From Chloroflexota bacterium (GTDB lineage: Bacteria; Chloroflexota; Anaerolineae; UBA1429): a stretch of 64,000 nt of DNA. Under the pieces are notes generated by a model that saw only the letters and a program-made list of their open reading frames with translations, did not search any database and was not told where the DNA came from. Below are positions 9,228 to 19,441 of this stretch, one piece after another. Location of the stretch: contig JAAYAW010000035.1 in NCBI GenBank assembly GCA_012719135.1, positions 3,799 through 67,798 on the forward strand, in the 5' to 3' direction. Made by a program: the position numbers and the translations under genes. The stretch's first letter is position 1; every line of letters starts with the position of its first letter.

Positions 9228-9336
9228 CGAAAGCGCCTCCTGATAGATGATTCGGTTTGGCCTCGGTGGCGGCCTACACATGCGGCGCAGGGCGCCACGC
9301 CGGCTTGATGGCCGGAGCGTCGGGCGCGTGCGCCCC

Positions 9337-10494
9337 TCAGTACGCCTGGCGGTAGATCTCTCTCGCCGCTTCCAGCGTGACGACGCGCGGGTTGATGCTG
9401 AGCAGACGGGTGACGTCCATGGCGGCCCGAGCCATCGGCTCGATGGCATTCTCCGGGACATCCAGTTCACGCATGCGCGAGACGATGCCCACGTCCCGGC
9501 AGAGGCGTTCCACCGCCTCCACGGCCCTATCGGCCGCCGCTCGCGGCGCCAGCCCGTCGATGGGACTGCCCAGGGCCTCAGCGATCCGGTTAAAGCGCTC
9601 GACCCGGGCGATCAGGTTGTAGCGCATCACGTAGGGCAAGAGCAGCGAGTTGGCGATTCCATGGGGTATGTTGAACTGCCCACCGAGCGGGTAGGCCAGC
9701 GCATGGACCGCGCCGGTGTTCACGGTGCCCAGGCAAAGGCCACCCATGGTGCTTGCCAGCGACATGTGATAGCGGGCCTCGGCGTCCTCTCCGCAGGCCA
9801 CGGCCCTGGGCAGGTACCTGCCGATCATCCGGATCGCCTCGATGGCCAGCGTGTCAACCAGTGGATGCGGGAAGCGGTTGGTGTAGGCCTCTATGGCATG
9901 GGTGAGGGCATCTACTCCAGTGTAGGCGGTGATGTGCGGCGGGAGCCCCTGGGTGAGCTGCGGGTCCACCAGGGCGACATCCGCGTACAGATGTCGGCTT
10001 ACAACACCTTTCTTGAGATGGGCCGCTTCATCGGAGAGTATGGCGATGGGCGATACCTCACTGCCGGTGCCCGCCGTGGTGGGGATGAGGACCTTGGGCA
10101 GCCCCGGGAGCGGCACGGCATCGGTCCCAAGATAGTCGGCCGGAGAGCCAGCGTTTGTGAGCATGACGGAGGTCATCTTGGCGATATCGAGGGCGCTGCC
10201 CCCTCCTACGCCGATAACGGCGTCACAGGCGTGCGCACGGCCGGCGCCCGCGGCGGCGGCGACGATCGCGATGCGGGGATCCGGCTCTACGCCATCAAAG
10301 AGGGCGGCAGAGAGACCGTCTCTCTGGATGAGGTCGATGATCTGCGCCGGAATGCCCGTCCGCATCAGGCCGGCATCGGTGACGATGAGCGGTCTCCGGG
10401 CACCGAGCCGGGACAGGGCCGCCGGCAACTCGCCCAGAGCGCCGGACCCAAAGAGGAGTCGCCCACTGATCTGGAGATCCAGCAATCTGTCCAT
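9337..10494 (-). CDS. Iron-containing (group III) alcohol dehydrogenase
   Basis: Start MDRLLDL (ATG at 10492-10494). GGGS motif (VIGVGGGSALDIAK), metal-binding His region (GVDALTHAIEAY, HALAYPLGGQFNIPHG). Its ATG overlaps the upstream flippase stop (ATGA). Confidence 0.85.
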   Translation of the reverse strand: MDRLLDLQISGRLLFGSGALGELPAALSRLGARRPLIVTDAGLMRTGIPAQIIDLIQRDGLSAALFDGVEPDPRIAIVAAAAGAGRAHACDAVIGVGGGSALDIAKMTSVMLTNAGSPADYLGTDAVPLPGLPKVLIPTTAGTGSEVSPIAILSDEAAHLKKGVVSRHLYADVALVDPQLTQGLPPHITAYTGVDALTHAIEAYTNRFPHPLVDTLAIEAIRMIGRYLPRAVACGEDAEARYHMSLASTMGGLCLGTVNTGAVHALAYPLGGQFNIPHGIANSLLLPYVMRYNLIARVERFNRIAEALGSPIDGLAPRAAADRAVEAVERLCRDVGIVSRMRELDVPENAIEPMARAAMDVTRLLSINPRVVTLEAAREIYRQAY

Positions 10495-11879
10495 CACTCC
10501 GCTCCCGTCGGTGTAGAACGGCCTCGTTCCGGGGCGCCCACACCGGTGGCTGAACAGGCGGGCGGGTTGAGACCCGGGCGTACACGGTACCAGTAGAGCG
10601 CGGCGCCCGCCAGGGACAGCAGCCAGGCCGAGCCGAAGAGGATCGCGATGGCTGCGCCAGGTGTTCGCGCGCAGAGAGCATAGAGCACCGTCTGCACCGC
10701 GGCGAGCGCGACCATGACCCACGAAAGAGGGCGCGGATCCGCTGCCACGAGCACGTTCACCCAAACGAGGCTGATGCTGTAGCCGAGCATGGCGCCTGCC
10801 ATGGCGACGATCCAGCGGCTCGCGGCGCCAGGCTCTGCCCCGTAAGCCAGGCGGTAGATGGCCGGGCCGGCGACGGCATACAGGGCTGTCAGCGCCAGGC
10901 CGGCCGCCAGGACGACACCCAGCGACAGCGCGATGGCCCGGTCCGGACGTTCGCGCCGCCGAACGCCTCGCGCCACCCTCGGCAGGATGGCCATGGAGAT
11001 CGCCGTGGCAAAGACGGCCACGACACGGCGCAGCACGACCACTCGCCCGTAGGCATCGGCGACCGTGCCGGAGGCGATCCGGTTCACCCAGATGACGTCC
11101 ATATTGGTGAGGAGCATGTAGGACACGGACATCAGGAGGCCGGCAAAGGCGATGTGCCAGCCCTCTCGAACGGCAGCGCTGTCCAGGCTGCCGGGCTGCC
11201 TTGCGGTATTGCGCACCGCCAGCAGCGAAGCGAACAGCGCCGCCGCCGCACCGATCACCACCGTGGCGGCGGCACCGCGCACCCCCCAGTGCAAGAGCTC
11301 GATACCGGCGATAGCGAGGGCGGTTCTCACCAGTGCATTGGTCAGGTTGGTGAGCCCCAGCATGCCCAGCCGAGTCTGGCCCTGCAGCACGCCCAGCGCC
11401 ACGCCGCGAGGCGCGCCCAGCGGAAACAGGCAGGTGAGCATGAGGATCAGGGGCCTGGGAAGTCTCGTCGCCCGGGCGATGGGGAAGCTGAGCAGCGCGA
11501 AGACGGTCGTGGCGATGGCCGCCACTCCCAGGCTTTGCCGCCCCAACCGGCGCAGGATAGCCCCCTGCGTTGCAGGGCCGTCGCGACCGGCAGGCGGAGC
11601 AGCGGTATACCGGGCGGCAACGGGCTGCAGCGCAAAGGCGAGGATCAGCACGACGAGCGCCAGCGAGTTCAGGCTCTGAAACTGGCCAAAGGCGCCCAGA
11701 GGGAGGGCGCGGCCCAGGTACAGGTGAAAACCATAGTCCACGGCATGGGAAAGGGTGTCCGCTATCCAGAGAAGGCCCGTCTGCTGGATCACTCCGGATT
11801 CAGTCGCAACCCCGGCCAATCGACCGCAGATGGTGCGAACGGTGATGGTGGCTCTGGCGGGCGATGGCACAGCTGGCAT
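10494..11879 (-). CDS. Polysaccharide biosynthesis protein / Wzx-like MOP-superfamily flippase (multi-TM)
   Basis: Twelve or more hydrophobic segments and a MOP/Wzx-like size. The start is uncertain: 11879 (MPAVPSP...) is chosen, while the ORF could extend to 11975. The stop overlaps the ADH start. Confidence 0.55.
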   Translation of the reverse strand: MPAVPSPARATITVRTICGRLAGVATESGVIQQTGLLWIADTLSHAVDYGFHLYLGRALPLGAFGQFQSLNSLALVVLILAFALQPVAARYTAAPPAGRDGPATQGAILRRLGRQSLGVAAIATTVFALLSFPIARATRLPRPLILMLTCLFPLGAPRGVALGVLQGQTRLGMLGLTNLTNALVRTALAIAGIELLHWGVRGAAATVVIGAAAALFASLLAVRNTARQPGSLDSAAVREGWHIAFAGLLMSVSYMLLTNMDVIWVNRIASGTVADAYGRVVVLRRVVAVFATAISMAILPRVARGVRRRERPDRAIALSLGVVLAAGLALTALYAVAGPAIYRLAYGAEPGAASRWIVAMAGAMLGYSISLVWVNVLVAADPRPLSWVMVALAAVQTVLYALCARTPGAAIAILFGSAWLLSLAGAALYWYRVRPGLNPPACSATGVGAPERGRSTPTGAE

Positions 11880-12089
11880 AACCAGAGTATCATGGCGCCC
11901 GAGGCCCCTGTCAAACAGGCCAGGCGGGTGAGGGTGGCGGGGTATCCTACGAACGTCGGATATGTTCTGGCCCAAAAACGTTGCGCAGCCGTATGGAATA
12001 TGGTAAATATACAGACACGGTAGAGTGGTCTATCGGCATTGGCCGGGGCCGCCCCGGGCAGAGTGGCACCAAATGCGAGGAGGCATAGG

Positions 12090-12683
12090 ATGAAGTGGTC
12101 TTCAAGGCTGGCATTGGGGCTGGTGGTCACAGCACTGTTGCTGGCGGCCGGAGGATGTGCAGAAAAGGGCCCGGAAGCGGCGCTGACGCCGGGACAAAGG
12201 CTCTCTGCCATGGAGGCCTGGGCGATTATCGAGCCGGCGGCCATGGCGTGGAAGGCGGGATCTGTGATATCCGAGTGCCGCCTGCCCAACCGGCCCGGCA
12301 AGGAGGATCTGGGTGTGGACGGGCTTTCTTCGGCCTGGCGCTTTATTGTGGCGCCGGAGGGTGACGGCAACCAAGCCTATTACAGCCTGGATACGACGGA
12401 AAAGCCCATCAAGGCCAATCGTTCAGATCAGATTCGGCCGGCGGCCAAGGCCAACCTCACTCCCGGGGATTGGAAGGTCGACAGCCCTGAGGCCATGGAG
12501 ATCGCTCTCGCCAACGGCCTGCAGTCCTTTATAGACGAGCATCCCAGCTTCCAGGTCAAGACCATGACCTTTGAGATCGACGTAGACGTCGAACTGGGCG
12601 CCTACTGGCTTGTAGTCGCCAAGGACGGATCAGATACGCTGGAGATTCGGATCAGCGTCGTGGATGGCTCGCTCGTCGAATAG
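12090..12683 (+). CDS. Hypothetical lipoprotein
   Basis: AGGAGG RBS then ATG at 12090. Signal peptide with lipobox LLAAGGC. No recognisable catalytic motifs. Confidence 0.55.
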   Translation: MKWSSRLALGLVVTALLLAAGGCAEKGPEAALTPGQRLSAMEAWAIIEPAAMAWKAGSVISECRLPNRPGKEDLGVDGLSSAWRFIVAPEGDGNQAYYSLDTTEKPIKANRSDQIRPAAKANLTPGDWKVDSPEAMEIALANGLQSFIDEHPSFQVKTMTFEIDVDVELGAYWLVVAKDGSDTLEIRISVVDGSLVE

Positions 12684-12721
12684 TCTGCTGCACTTCCCCG
12701 CATGACCCGACGCTGTGCGGC

Positions 12722-15700
12722 CTAACGCCAGCCGCACAGCGTCTCAATCTGCTCTGCAGAACCATCGCGGAACCAGCCGTCCAACTGGTCACGCTCCTTG
12801 AGTTGCTGACCTCGGTTCGTGCTGACGGCCAGGTAGATACCCTGCCACTCGGGCAGGGCCGTCATATCCCCCCAAAGCTTTTCGTACTGTGCAACCGGGT
12901 ACACGTCCTCCTGACCGTTGCCCCAACGGCGCTTGACGTCCTTCAGCGTAACGTAGGTGGGCATCCGGCGCGCCATCTCGCGCGTCGCCGTCTCGACCGC
13001 CTCCGCATCCCTGAGCGTGGCGCGATCCAGGCCGAACAACTCGAGGAGACGATCGACCTGCAGCCAGAAGGTGTTTGAGTTGTAGTAGGTCAGGTCGAAC
13101 TCTTGCTCCTCACGCGGGATGGCGAGCCCCTCCACCAGCCTGAGGCGACCGTCCACTCGTGCCAGGCCTCCCCCGCGGTCCTGAATGCGGTGCGGGACGA
13201 CCTCTACCGCAAAAGGAACCTGGTGCTCGATCATCATACCGAGCAGCGTTGGGTCGAGAGAGGCGCCCAGCGTGTCGATGTTATGCACCAGCAGGTACTG
13301 CAGCCCGGGCTGAGCCTCAAGCAGCCGTGCCAAAACTCCGCTCCGGAAGAGGTTGGGGATCTCGTACCAGTGCCCGATTGGGCTCAGACACTGGAGGGCG
13401 AGGTTGTCGCGATAGTCGCGACCCTCGCCCATGCCTTCCGCCCAGGCGATCAGTGCGGCATTCAGGCTTTCACGCACCTTTTGGGCCTGCTCATCCAGCA
13501 GCTGCTGAGAGAGCTCCTCCCAGGCAAAGCGAAGGTCCCGCACCATCGGCACCAGGCGCAAACCAATGGCGCGACCCTGGCTGAGATACAGGGGGCCGCG
13601 GTACCCATAGTTGCCGCAACGGCCGAGGTATTCGGCGATCGGGCCGTGGGTGAGGTAGCTCGTCGTGATGACGTGAGCCAGCGGCGCCCCGGCCAACTCG
13701 GCCGTGCGCGCGCTCTTGGCCAGATGCACTTCCAGAAAGGTCCGCTGCGCGCCTCCCAGCCGGGCGAAGGGATTTATGGCCTTGACGACGCCGGCGCCCT
13801 GCGTCCAGCGGCTGCCGACGCCGCCGGCCAGGGTCACCACGGCCGCGGCGCCCCGAGCCAGCGCCTCCAGGCCCACACGCTCCAGATGTGCATTCCCCTC
13901 CGGCGCCCTGTGAACGTCCCCGGGAGCAACATCGCGGATCTCACTGGTCGCGGGGAGGCGATTCTGCGCCAGGCCGATGATGCCTGCGCGCAACTCCCGG
14001 CGAATCTGCTCGTGCTGCTGGCGATCAAAGCCGTTCTCGTCGAGAAGGCGATCCAGATCCTGCTGGCCCTCGCGCGGGGCCTCGGATTGCGGCAGGAGCG
14101 CGTCCAGCAACAGGCCCATCGCGGGGAGCATCTCGGGGCGCGTGCGCACGGCCCGCGAGAAGAGGTCCAGCTCGGCCCGCTGGCTCTCGGAGAGGTCGTG
14201 CCGGCTCTGCTTCAAAAGCCTGGGAACCGCCAGGCTGTAGTAGGAGCCGGGGAGTAGCGCCGCTTCGCCCTGCAGCAGCCTCGCCGCGCTTCCCACCTCG
14301 TTGATGGAAAAGTCATACACCACGGGATCCATGGCAAAGGGCAAGGCGTGCTCAAGGCGTCGCTTTTCCTCGTGCATCATCTCGAGCAAGTAGCCTTGGG
14401 CCGCGTCTCGCGCCTCGGGGGCCACCATAAAGCCCATGCCTCCCCCTGACATTCCCCCCAGCATCCAGAAGCCCCAGAACGCCTCCCCCAGATCCGTGCG
14501 GGCTCGTTCGATGAGCGACTCCACATACAGGTTGCTCGCCCACGGGACGATCGTCTGCAGGGGCCCGGTAAAGTTGTGCGTGGTCGCCTGCGCCAGTTCA
14601 GGCACCGATCCCGAGCGAAGGAGCTCCAGGACGTGATCGAGAATCGCGCCCGCCTCCTTTCTCGCCGACCATTCCTGAGGCGAGCGGAGGAGATAGCGCT
14701 CGGTGACCATCTCCAGGATGGGACCGACGTTCTGGGCCATCCCTCCATGCACCAACACCAGGCTATCCTGAAGCGCCTGGCGCATCTGGGGACGCACCTT
14801 GTCCGGCCCGAGGATCACGTGCTCCGGCAGCAGGCGGCCGCGGCTGACGCCGTATTCGGGGTCGCCATCCTGCGCCTGCACGCCGTGAATCAGCTTGATG
14901 CCGGGCCACACGCCTCCGGAATCCTGCCATCCGCCGCCGGACCCGGCCAGCCACTCGCCCAGTACGGCCCGGGCGGCTACCTGGCGCCGCTCGTCCTCAC
15001 GGAGAGGTCCCTCCAGCGTGGACACCTGACCGGTGCCTCGCATGAGCGCAGCGATCAAGGCGGCCAGGAGCGTTGTGGACACGGCGAGCCGGGAGCCCTT
15101 GGGAATACCCCGCACCTCGCTCACGAGCTCTATGCCCATGCCGGGGCCCACCACCCGAGCGAGGAGATCTGAAAGCGGATGGCCCGCGCCCTCCAGGCCG
15201 GGGGGAACGATGCCGGCGGCGATCACGGCGGCTTTGAGAAGCCCCAGATAGTCACGGGCGAAATCAAAGACCTCGCCAACGGTGCGGATCTCCGCTTGCG
15301 CGCCGAGGTCGAGGCTGGCCAGGCGCAACAACGGCTTGTCGATAACGCGTACGTACGCCGAGACGGGAGGCTGCGGCGCCGGGTCGCGACCGCGCACCGC
15401 CAGATCGACGGACACATTGATGACGCGGGCTCCCTCGGGATAGTCCATACCCAGGAAAAAGATGTCGCTCCAGCCACTGTGCGTCAGGTCCATGCGCACG
15501 GGCGTGAACTCGGCCACCACAGGGAAGAGGCCGGTCGCCGGATCTCGCCGGAGCAGCAGCGGATGCACCCGCAGAGGGTGATCGGCCGGGTGGCCCATGC
15601 GGAACATCCAGCGGTTTCCGGCGAACGAGCGTACGCTGCGGCGCACCTGATCCGCCAGAGTCTGGAAAGCGAGCAGGTGGTACGCCTGAGCCAAGCCGCT

Positions 15701-16045
15701 GGCCAGGGCCTCGGAGGGTCCTTCCCTGCGCGAGGCCGCCAAAAAGGCATCGATAGCCTCTTCAAAACGGCGTTCCAGGAGATGCGCGTAGCCCCCGTAG
15801 GGTATTCGCCCGGCGGGGGCAGCGGCCAGCCGGCGAGGCAGGTGAAAGCGATAGATGGCATACAGGAAGGCCGTGGCGCGCACGCGCTCAAAGAGATTTG
15901 TGCTGGAGCGCCTAAAGCTATCGAGCACGGCGCACTCCGCCTGGAGCTCTGCCAGGGAGAGCGGGACGCACAGGTCTCGGAGCGACCGATCGCGCACGGC
16001 TGGATCGGGTGACAGGATGGTATCAAGCAGCGCGGAACTAGGCAT
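12722..16045 (-). CDS. Fused sugar-1-kinase (GHMP family) / UDP-sugar pyrophosphorylase (UDPGP/USP-like), ~1107 aa
   Basis: GHMP motif II-like ([22 protein letters not shown]) and motif III-like ([16 protein letters not shown]) in the N-terminal 60%. The C-terminal domain carries the nucleotidyltransferase signature [23 protein letters not shown]. The start at the internal Met (ATG 16043-16045) overlaps the upstream gene stop (16038-16040) by 8 nt. Confidence 0.6.
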   Translation of the reverse strand: MPSSALLDTILSPDPAVRDRSLRDLCVPLSLAELQAECAVLDSFRRSSTNLFERVRATAFLYAIYRFHLPRRLAAAPAGRIPYGGYAHLLERRFEEAIDAFLAASRREGPSEALASGLAQAYHLLAFQTLADQVRRSVRSFAGNRWMFRMGHPADHPLRVHPLLLRRDPATGLFPVVAEFTPVRMDLTHSGWSDIFFLGMDYPEGARVINVSVDLAVRGRDPAPQPPVSAYVRVIDKPLLRLASLDLGAQAEIRTVGEVFDFARDYLGLLKAAVIAAGIVPPGLEGAGHPLSDLLARVVGPGMGIELVSEVRGIPKGSRLAVSTTLLAALIAALMRGTGQVSTLEGPLREDERRQVAARAVLGEWLAGSGGGWQDSGGVWPGIKLIHGVQAQDGDPEYGVSRGRLLPEHVILGPDKVRPQMRQALQDSLVLVHGGMAQNVGPILEMVTERYLLRSPQEWSARKEAGAILDHVLELLRSGSVPELAQATTHNFTGPLQTIVPWASNLYVESLIERARTDLGEAFWGFWMLGGMSGGGMGFMVAPEARDAAQGYLLEMMHEEKRRLEHALPFAMDPVVYDFSINEVGSAARLLQGEAALLPGSYYSLAVPRLLKQSRHDLSESQRAELDLFSRAVRTRPEMLPAMGLLLDALLPQSEAPREGQQDLDRLLDENGFDRQQHEQIRRELRAGIIGLAQNRLPATSEIRDVAPGDVHRAPEGNAHLERVGLEALARGAAAVVTLAGGVGSRWTQGAGVVKAINPFARLGGAQRTFLEVHLAKSARTAELAGAPLAHVITTSYLTHGPIAEYLGRCGNYGYRGPLYLSQGRAIGLRLVPMVRDLRFAWEELSQQLLDEQAQKVRESLNAALIAWAEGMGEGRDYRDNLALQCLSPIGHWYEIPNLFRSGVLARLLEAQPGLQYLLVHNIDTLGASLDPTLLGMMIEHQVPFAVEVVPHRIQDRGGGLARVDGRLRLVEGLAIPREEQEFDLTYYNSNTFWLQVDRLLELFGLDRATLRDAEAVETATREMARRMPTYVTLKDVKRRWGNGQEDVYPVAQYEKLWGDMTALPEWQGIYLAVSTNRGQQLKERDQLDGWFRDGSAEQIETLCGWR

Positions 16046-16895
16046 CGGCACTCTGGTCTGCCTCGCGCGCCGCGAGAAGCTCCAGCAGTTGGGCCAGCAC
16101 CACCTCACGATCCTGGCCGGCAAGGGCGAGGGCGATTTGCGCGGTGAGCAGGCCGTAACGGGCCCCCACATCGTAGCGTCGCCCAACGCTCTCCAGCGCG
16201 AGGTAGCGTTCGTGGCGGGACAACTCGTCCAGGGCGTCCGAAAGGGTCACGCCCTCCTGTTGGGCCTCCAGCCGGTCGCCCAGGATGGCCATGACAAGAG
16301 GCGTCAGCACGTGCATACCAAAGAAGCAGAGATAGTGTCCGGCGCGCAGGCCCGGAACCACCAGGAACTGCTCGGCCTCCGTGGGGGTGGGCTTTTCCAT
16401 GACTCGATCCACCAGGTAGAGGCGGCTGCTGCCCGCCACCCGCTTGCCACCCACACAGCCAAAGTACGGCAGCAGGCTCTCCCGTGAGGCCTGCACGGCG
16501 GAGACGGCGCAATCGTTGCGTTCCGCCATGCGCACGAGGTCCTCGGCGCAGCCGAGCTCGCCCCTGGTGATGGGGAGGTGGTCGCTCACCAGGTGGAGAA
16601 AGGGCTCGTCCCCGGCATACTCGTGGGCGCAGTAGATCGCGTGCCCGTAGCCCAACGGCTCGCTCTGTTCCACGAAGGTGATCCGGCTGAGATAGTCGCC
16701 AACCACCTCGCGATAGGCGACCTCATCCCCGGGGCTGACGACGACACAGACCTGTTCGATCCCGGCACGGAGCGCCTCCTCCACCAGGATCGCCAGAACG
16801 GCCTTCTCCCGGCCGTCCGTATCGATCAGCATCTGCAGTGGAAGCGTGCGCTGCCTGCGCCCGGCCGCGGTGATGATGGCTTTGGTGACGCGCAT
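16038..16895 (-). CDS. Sugar-1-phosphate nucleotidyltransferase (GalU/UTP-glucose-1-phosphate uridylyltransferase-like)
   Basis: 285 aa. N-terminal [17 protein letters not shown] (G-x-G-x-R nucleotidyltransferase loop). Mid-region [16 protein letters not shown] fits the GalU/RmlA fold. Confidence 0.7.
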   Translation of the reverse strand: MRVTKAIITAAGRRQRTLPLQMLIDTDGREKAVLAILVEEALRAGIEQVCVVVSPGDEVAYREVVGDYLSRITFVEQSEPLGYGHAIYCAHEYAGDEPFLHLVSDHLPITRGELGCAEDLVRMAERNDCAVSAVQASRESLLPYFGCVGGKRVAGSSRLYLVDRVMEKPTPTEAEQFLVVPGLRAGHYLCFFGMHVLTPLVMAILGDRLEAQQEGVTLSDALDELSRHERYLALESVGRRYDVGARYGLLTAQIALALAGQDREVVLAQLLELLAAREADQSADA

Positions 16896-16994
16896 GGGCT
16901 CGTCCCTCCGTGTGATCTCTGCTCTGATTTCCTGATTCTAGCGAGAGACCGCCAGCCGGACAAGCGGGACCCCGAGCCGGTTGTATGGCTGGGC

Positions 16995-18590
16995 TCAGGC
17001 GACCAGGAGGCTCGCGCGCGCGACCCAGGATAGCGTGGCGTCCAGATCGCGCCTCAGCCGGATGGCGGGATCCGCTTCGCCACTCTCGCTGCCATCGGTG
17101 TACCGCAGCGCACCGCTGTTGAGCAGCGCATCCAGCTGGGCGGCGATGTCATCACGGGTGTGGCTGCCATCCAGCTGCGGCAGCACGTAACGCGCCAGCG
17201 GGTCCAGGTGCACGCGCTCGTGTCGCAGGTTGGGGACCCGGTCGCTGGAGCGGGCCAGATAGCGGGCATAGGCGCTGGCTCGGGGATGCTCGCTGACGGC
17301 GGAGACGACCGGTGGGGCCCAGGCATGCAACTCGACGAGCGAGACGCTGTAAGAGAAGGCCTTGAGGAGGTTCGCCGCCAGCCGGCGGACGTCCGCGGGT
17401 TCGAGGGATGATGTGCCCTGCCGGCTGGCCGCCTCGTCGACCAGCCGGCCGAAGGGAATGGCGCTGGGCGCGATCGCGGCGAGATGATCGAGAGCTGCGA
17501 TGGTGACCGCGTCATCGGTCTGGAACAGGGCGCCATCGGGGCTGGCGAATCGAGCGATCCCGTCATCGGGAGCCTGGGGCGGCACCCGTTGGGCGCGCGT
17601 GGCGACGGCCATGCTCTGGACGCGGCTGCTGCGGAGCGTGCGATCCAGGGTCGCGTCGCTATGGCATAGCAGCGTGCGCCGAAACGCCCGGTTCCGCACA
17701 AAGTCCATGTACTGCTCCGTATCGACAATCGTCTCGCACACCTCCTGCAGGGAGCCAAAGGTCTCGGCGGAGAGATTGTCCGGCATGGACATGGGAAAGT
17801 CGGCCTCTACCAGGAACTGAAGCCCGTGCTGTCCGGCGTGCTCGGCGAACTGCCAGAAGTAGACGGGATCGTTCCATTCAGCCAGCTCATCGTGCAGGAT
17901 CACCGAGTCGATCTGTGGCCGGGCGTCCTCGGCCTGCTTATCCAGGAGTTCGCGGTAGGACTCCATAAAGGTGCCATAGGCCTGGTTGCGCTCGTCGTGC
18001 ACCGCGCGCGCAAGCAGGGCAACCAGTTCGCGCCCCAACTCGGCCCGGCGGTGGGGATCCCGTTCGGCGCGCATATGGTAGAGCATCATCTCTCGGAGGC
18101 CGCTGAGCATGTGCCAGCCCGGGTAGGTGTTGTAGCTGATATATGCGACGCCTGCAGTGGCCAGGTTCGCTGAGCAGACCCTTAGGAGCGCGTCGCGGAC
18201 TACCGGGGGCACCCAGGAGTAGACGCCATGGGCGATGATATAGTCAAAGGTGCCCAGCGCGGGGGTGATCTCGCAAAGGTCCATGGCGAGAAAGGCGATG
18301 TTGGAAAGGCGCAACGATGTGACGGCCTGTGAGGCCTCTTGAATCTGGTGAGCAGAGAGGTCCACGCCCACAAAGGTGCTGCCTGGCAGGGCTTCGGCCA
18401 TGGGCAGAAGGTTACCGCCTGATGCACACCCCAGCTCCAGCACGCGGCAGTGCTCCACGTCGGGTACGGGGAGCCCCAGCAGGCTCGCGCAGGTGGCCAG
18501 CCTGTCCGGATGGGTCTGCGTGTAGCAGAGGACGGGATAGGGTATCTCGTCGTAATCGGTGGGCAGGGCCAGTTCGTCGCGTACAGCCAC
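16995..18590 (-). CDS. Class I SAM-dependent methyltransferase with C-terminal methyltransferase-regulatory-like domain
   Basis: SAM-binding motif I VLELGCASGGNLLPMAE and a DL/acidic motif II. A ~300-aa C-terminal extension is present. The start is reassigned to GTG at 18590 (AGGAGA 6 nt upstream). Confidence 0.7.
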   Translation of the reverse strand: MAVRDELALPTDYDEIPYPVLCYTQTHPDRLATCASLLGLPVPDVEHCRVLELGCASGGNLLPMAEALPGSTFVGVDLSAHQIQEASQAVTSLRLSNIAFLAMDLCEITPALGTFDYIIAHGVYSWVPPVVRDALLRVCSANLATAGVAYISYNTYPGWHMLSGLREMMLYHMRAERDPHRRAELGRELVALLARAVHDERNQAYGTFMESYRELLDKQAEDARPQIDSVILHDELAEWNDPVYFWQFAEHAGQHGLQFLVEADFPMSMPDNLSAETFGSLQEVCETIVDTEQYMDFVRNRAFRRTLLCHSDATLDRTLRSSRVQSMAVATRAQRVPPQAPDDGIARFASPDGALFQTDDAVTIAALDHLAAIAPSAIPFGRLVDEAASRQGTSSLEPADVRRLAANLLKAFSYSVSLVELHAWAPPVVSAVSEHPRASAYARYLARSSDRVPNLRHERVHLDPLARYVLPQLDGSHTRDDIAAQLDALLNSGALRYTDGSESGEADPAIRLRRDLDATLSWVARASLLVA

Positions 18591-18720
18591 AGCACGTCTC
18601 CTACCGAGTTGAGATGGGCGCATTATAGGGCGCAGGAGGCAGGCCCGCCAGCGATAGAGGGCCTTGCCTGGCGGAGGCTCTGTGGTATCCTGCGCATACC
18701 CTGTGAATAGGAGAGCGTGA

Positions 18721-19422
18721 ATGGAGAGAGAAGAGAACCGCTGGATGCCGCCGTCGCCTCACCGCGAGGCGATCGAAGCGGACCTCCGAGCCGGACGGGC
18801 GCGCATCGTGGAGCGCGGCCACAACGTGCCGCCACTCCTCGTCTTTGAGGATGGGGGGGTGATCGAGCTCCCGCGGGTCAGGTTGGCAGAGACGCGCCGG
18901 GGGCTGCAACTGGTCGCTGCTGATGAGCCCGCCACCGGCGGCGAGACGCGCTTTGGCGATGTGTGCGGGACGGTTGACGAGATCCTCGGCACGCTGCGCG
19001 AAGTCGCGCCAGGCGCCGAACTGGATCCCGATGACCTGAATGCGCTCATCGAGGACATTGGCTATATGCTCGCCCGAATGACGAGGCGCAGCCAGCAGTA
19101 CCTGGCGTTTTTCGAGGGCGTGCAGTCCATCGCGGCGACGCTGCTCTCGCTGGAGCGCCCCAATGTCGCTTCGGCACAGGAGCGCCTGGACGCGTTGCGC
19201 AGGGCCCTCTGGGATCCGGGCGAACGGAACGCGGCGCGGCTGGAGGATATCGCCGGTCGGGCCGAGCACGCGCGCGCCCTGGCCCAGAGCCTGGAGGATT
19301 ACCTGGCGCAGTGCAAACTGGCCGCCACGCGTGTGGGCACCCTCTATGGGGAGGTCCGCGGCGGGCGTGCCTGGGCCCTGGCCCCGGATCAGGGCACGCC
19401 AGAGCCGGGATCCAGCGGCTGA
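18721..19422 (+). CDS. Hypothetical protein
   Basis: 233-aa ORF with good GC3. No recognisable motifs. It sits in the divergent intergenic slot opposite the methyltransferase. Confidence 0.45.
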   Translation: MEREENRWMPPSPHREAIEADLRAGRARIVERGHNVPPLLVFEDGGVIELPRVRLAETRRGLQLVAADEPATGGETRFGDVCGTVDEILGTLREVAPGAELDPDDLNALIEDIGYMLARMTRRSQQYLAFFEGVQSIAATLLSLERPNVASAQERLDALRRALWDPGERNAARLEDIAGRAEHARALAQSLEDYLAQCKLAATRVGTLYGEVRGGRAWALAPDQGTPEPGSSG

Positions 19423-19441
19423 AGGCTTCAGCAGCCCGGGT

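Noticed and set aside
8385-9308. 307-aa plus-strand ORF (also 9247..10596, 13103..14257, 40818..42113 minus, 50072..51154, 52011..53312, 27925..28929 minus and many 60-250-aa ORFs)
   Set aside because: These are antisense 'shadow' ORFs, expected in a 67%-GC genome. They overlap well-supported genes on the opposite strand, have Arg/Gly/Pro-rich low-complexity translations, lack RBSs and have poorer GC3 than the partner strand.
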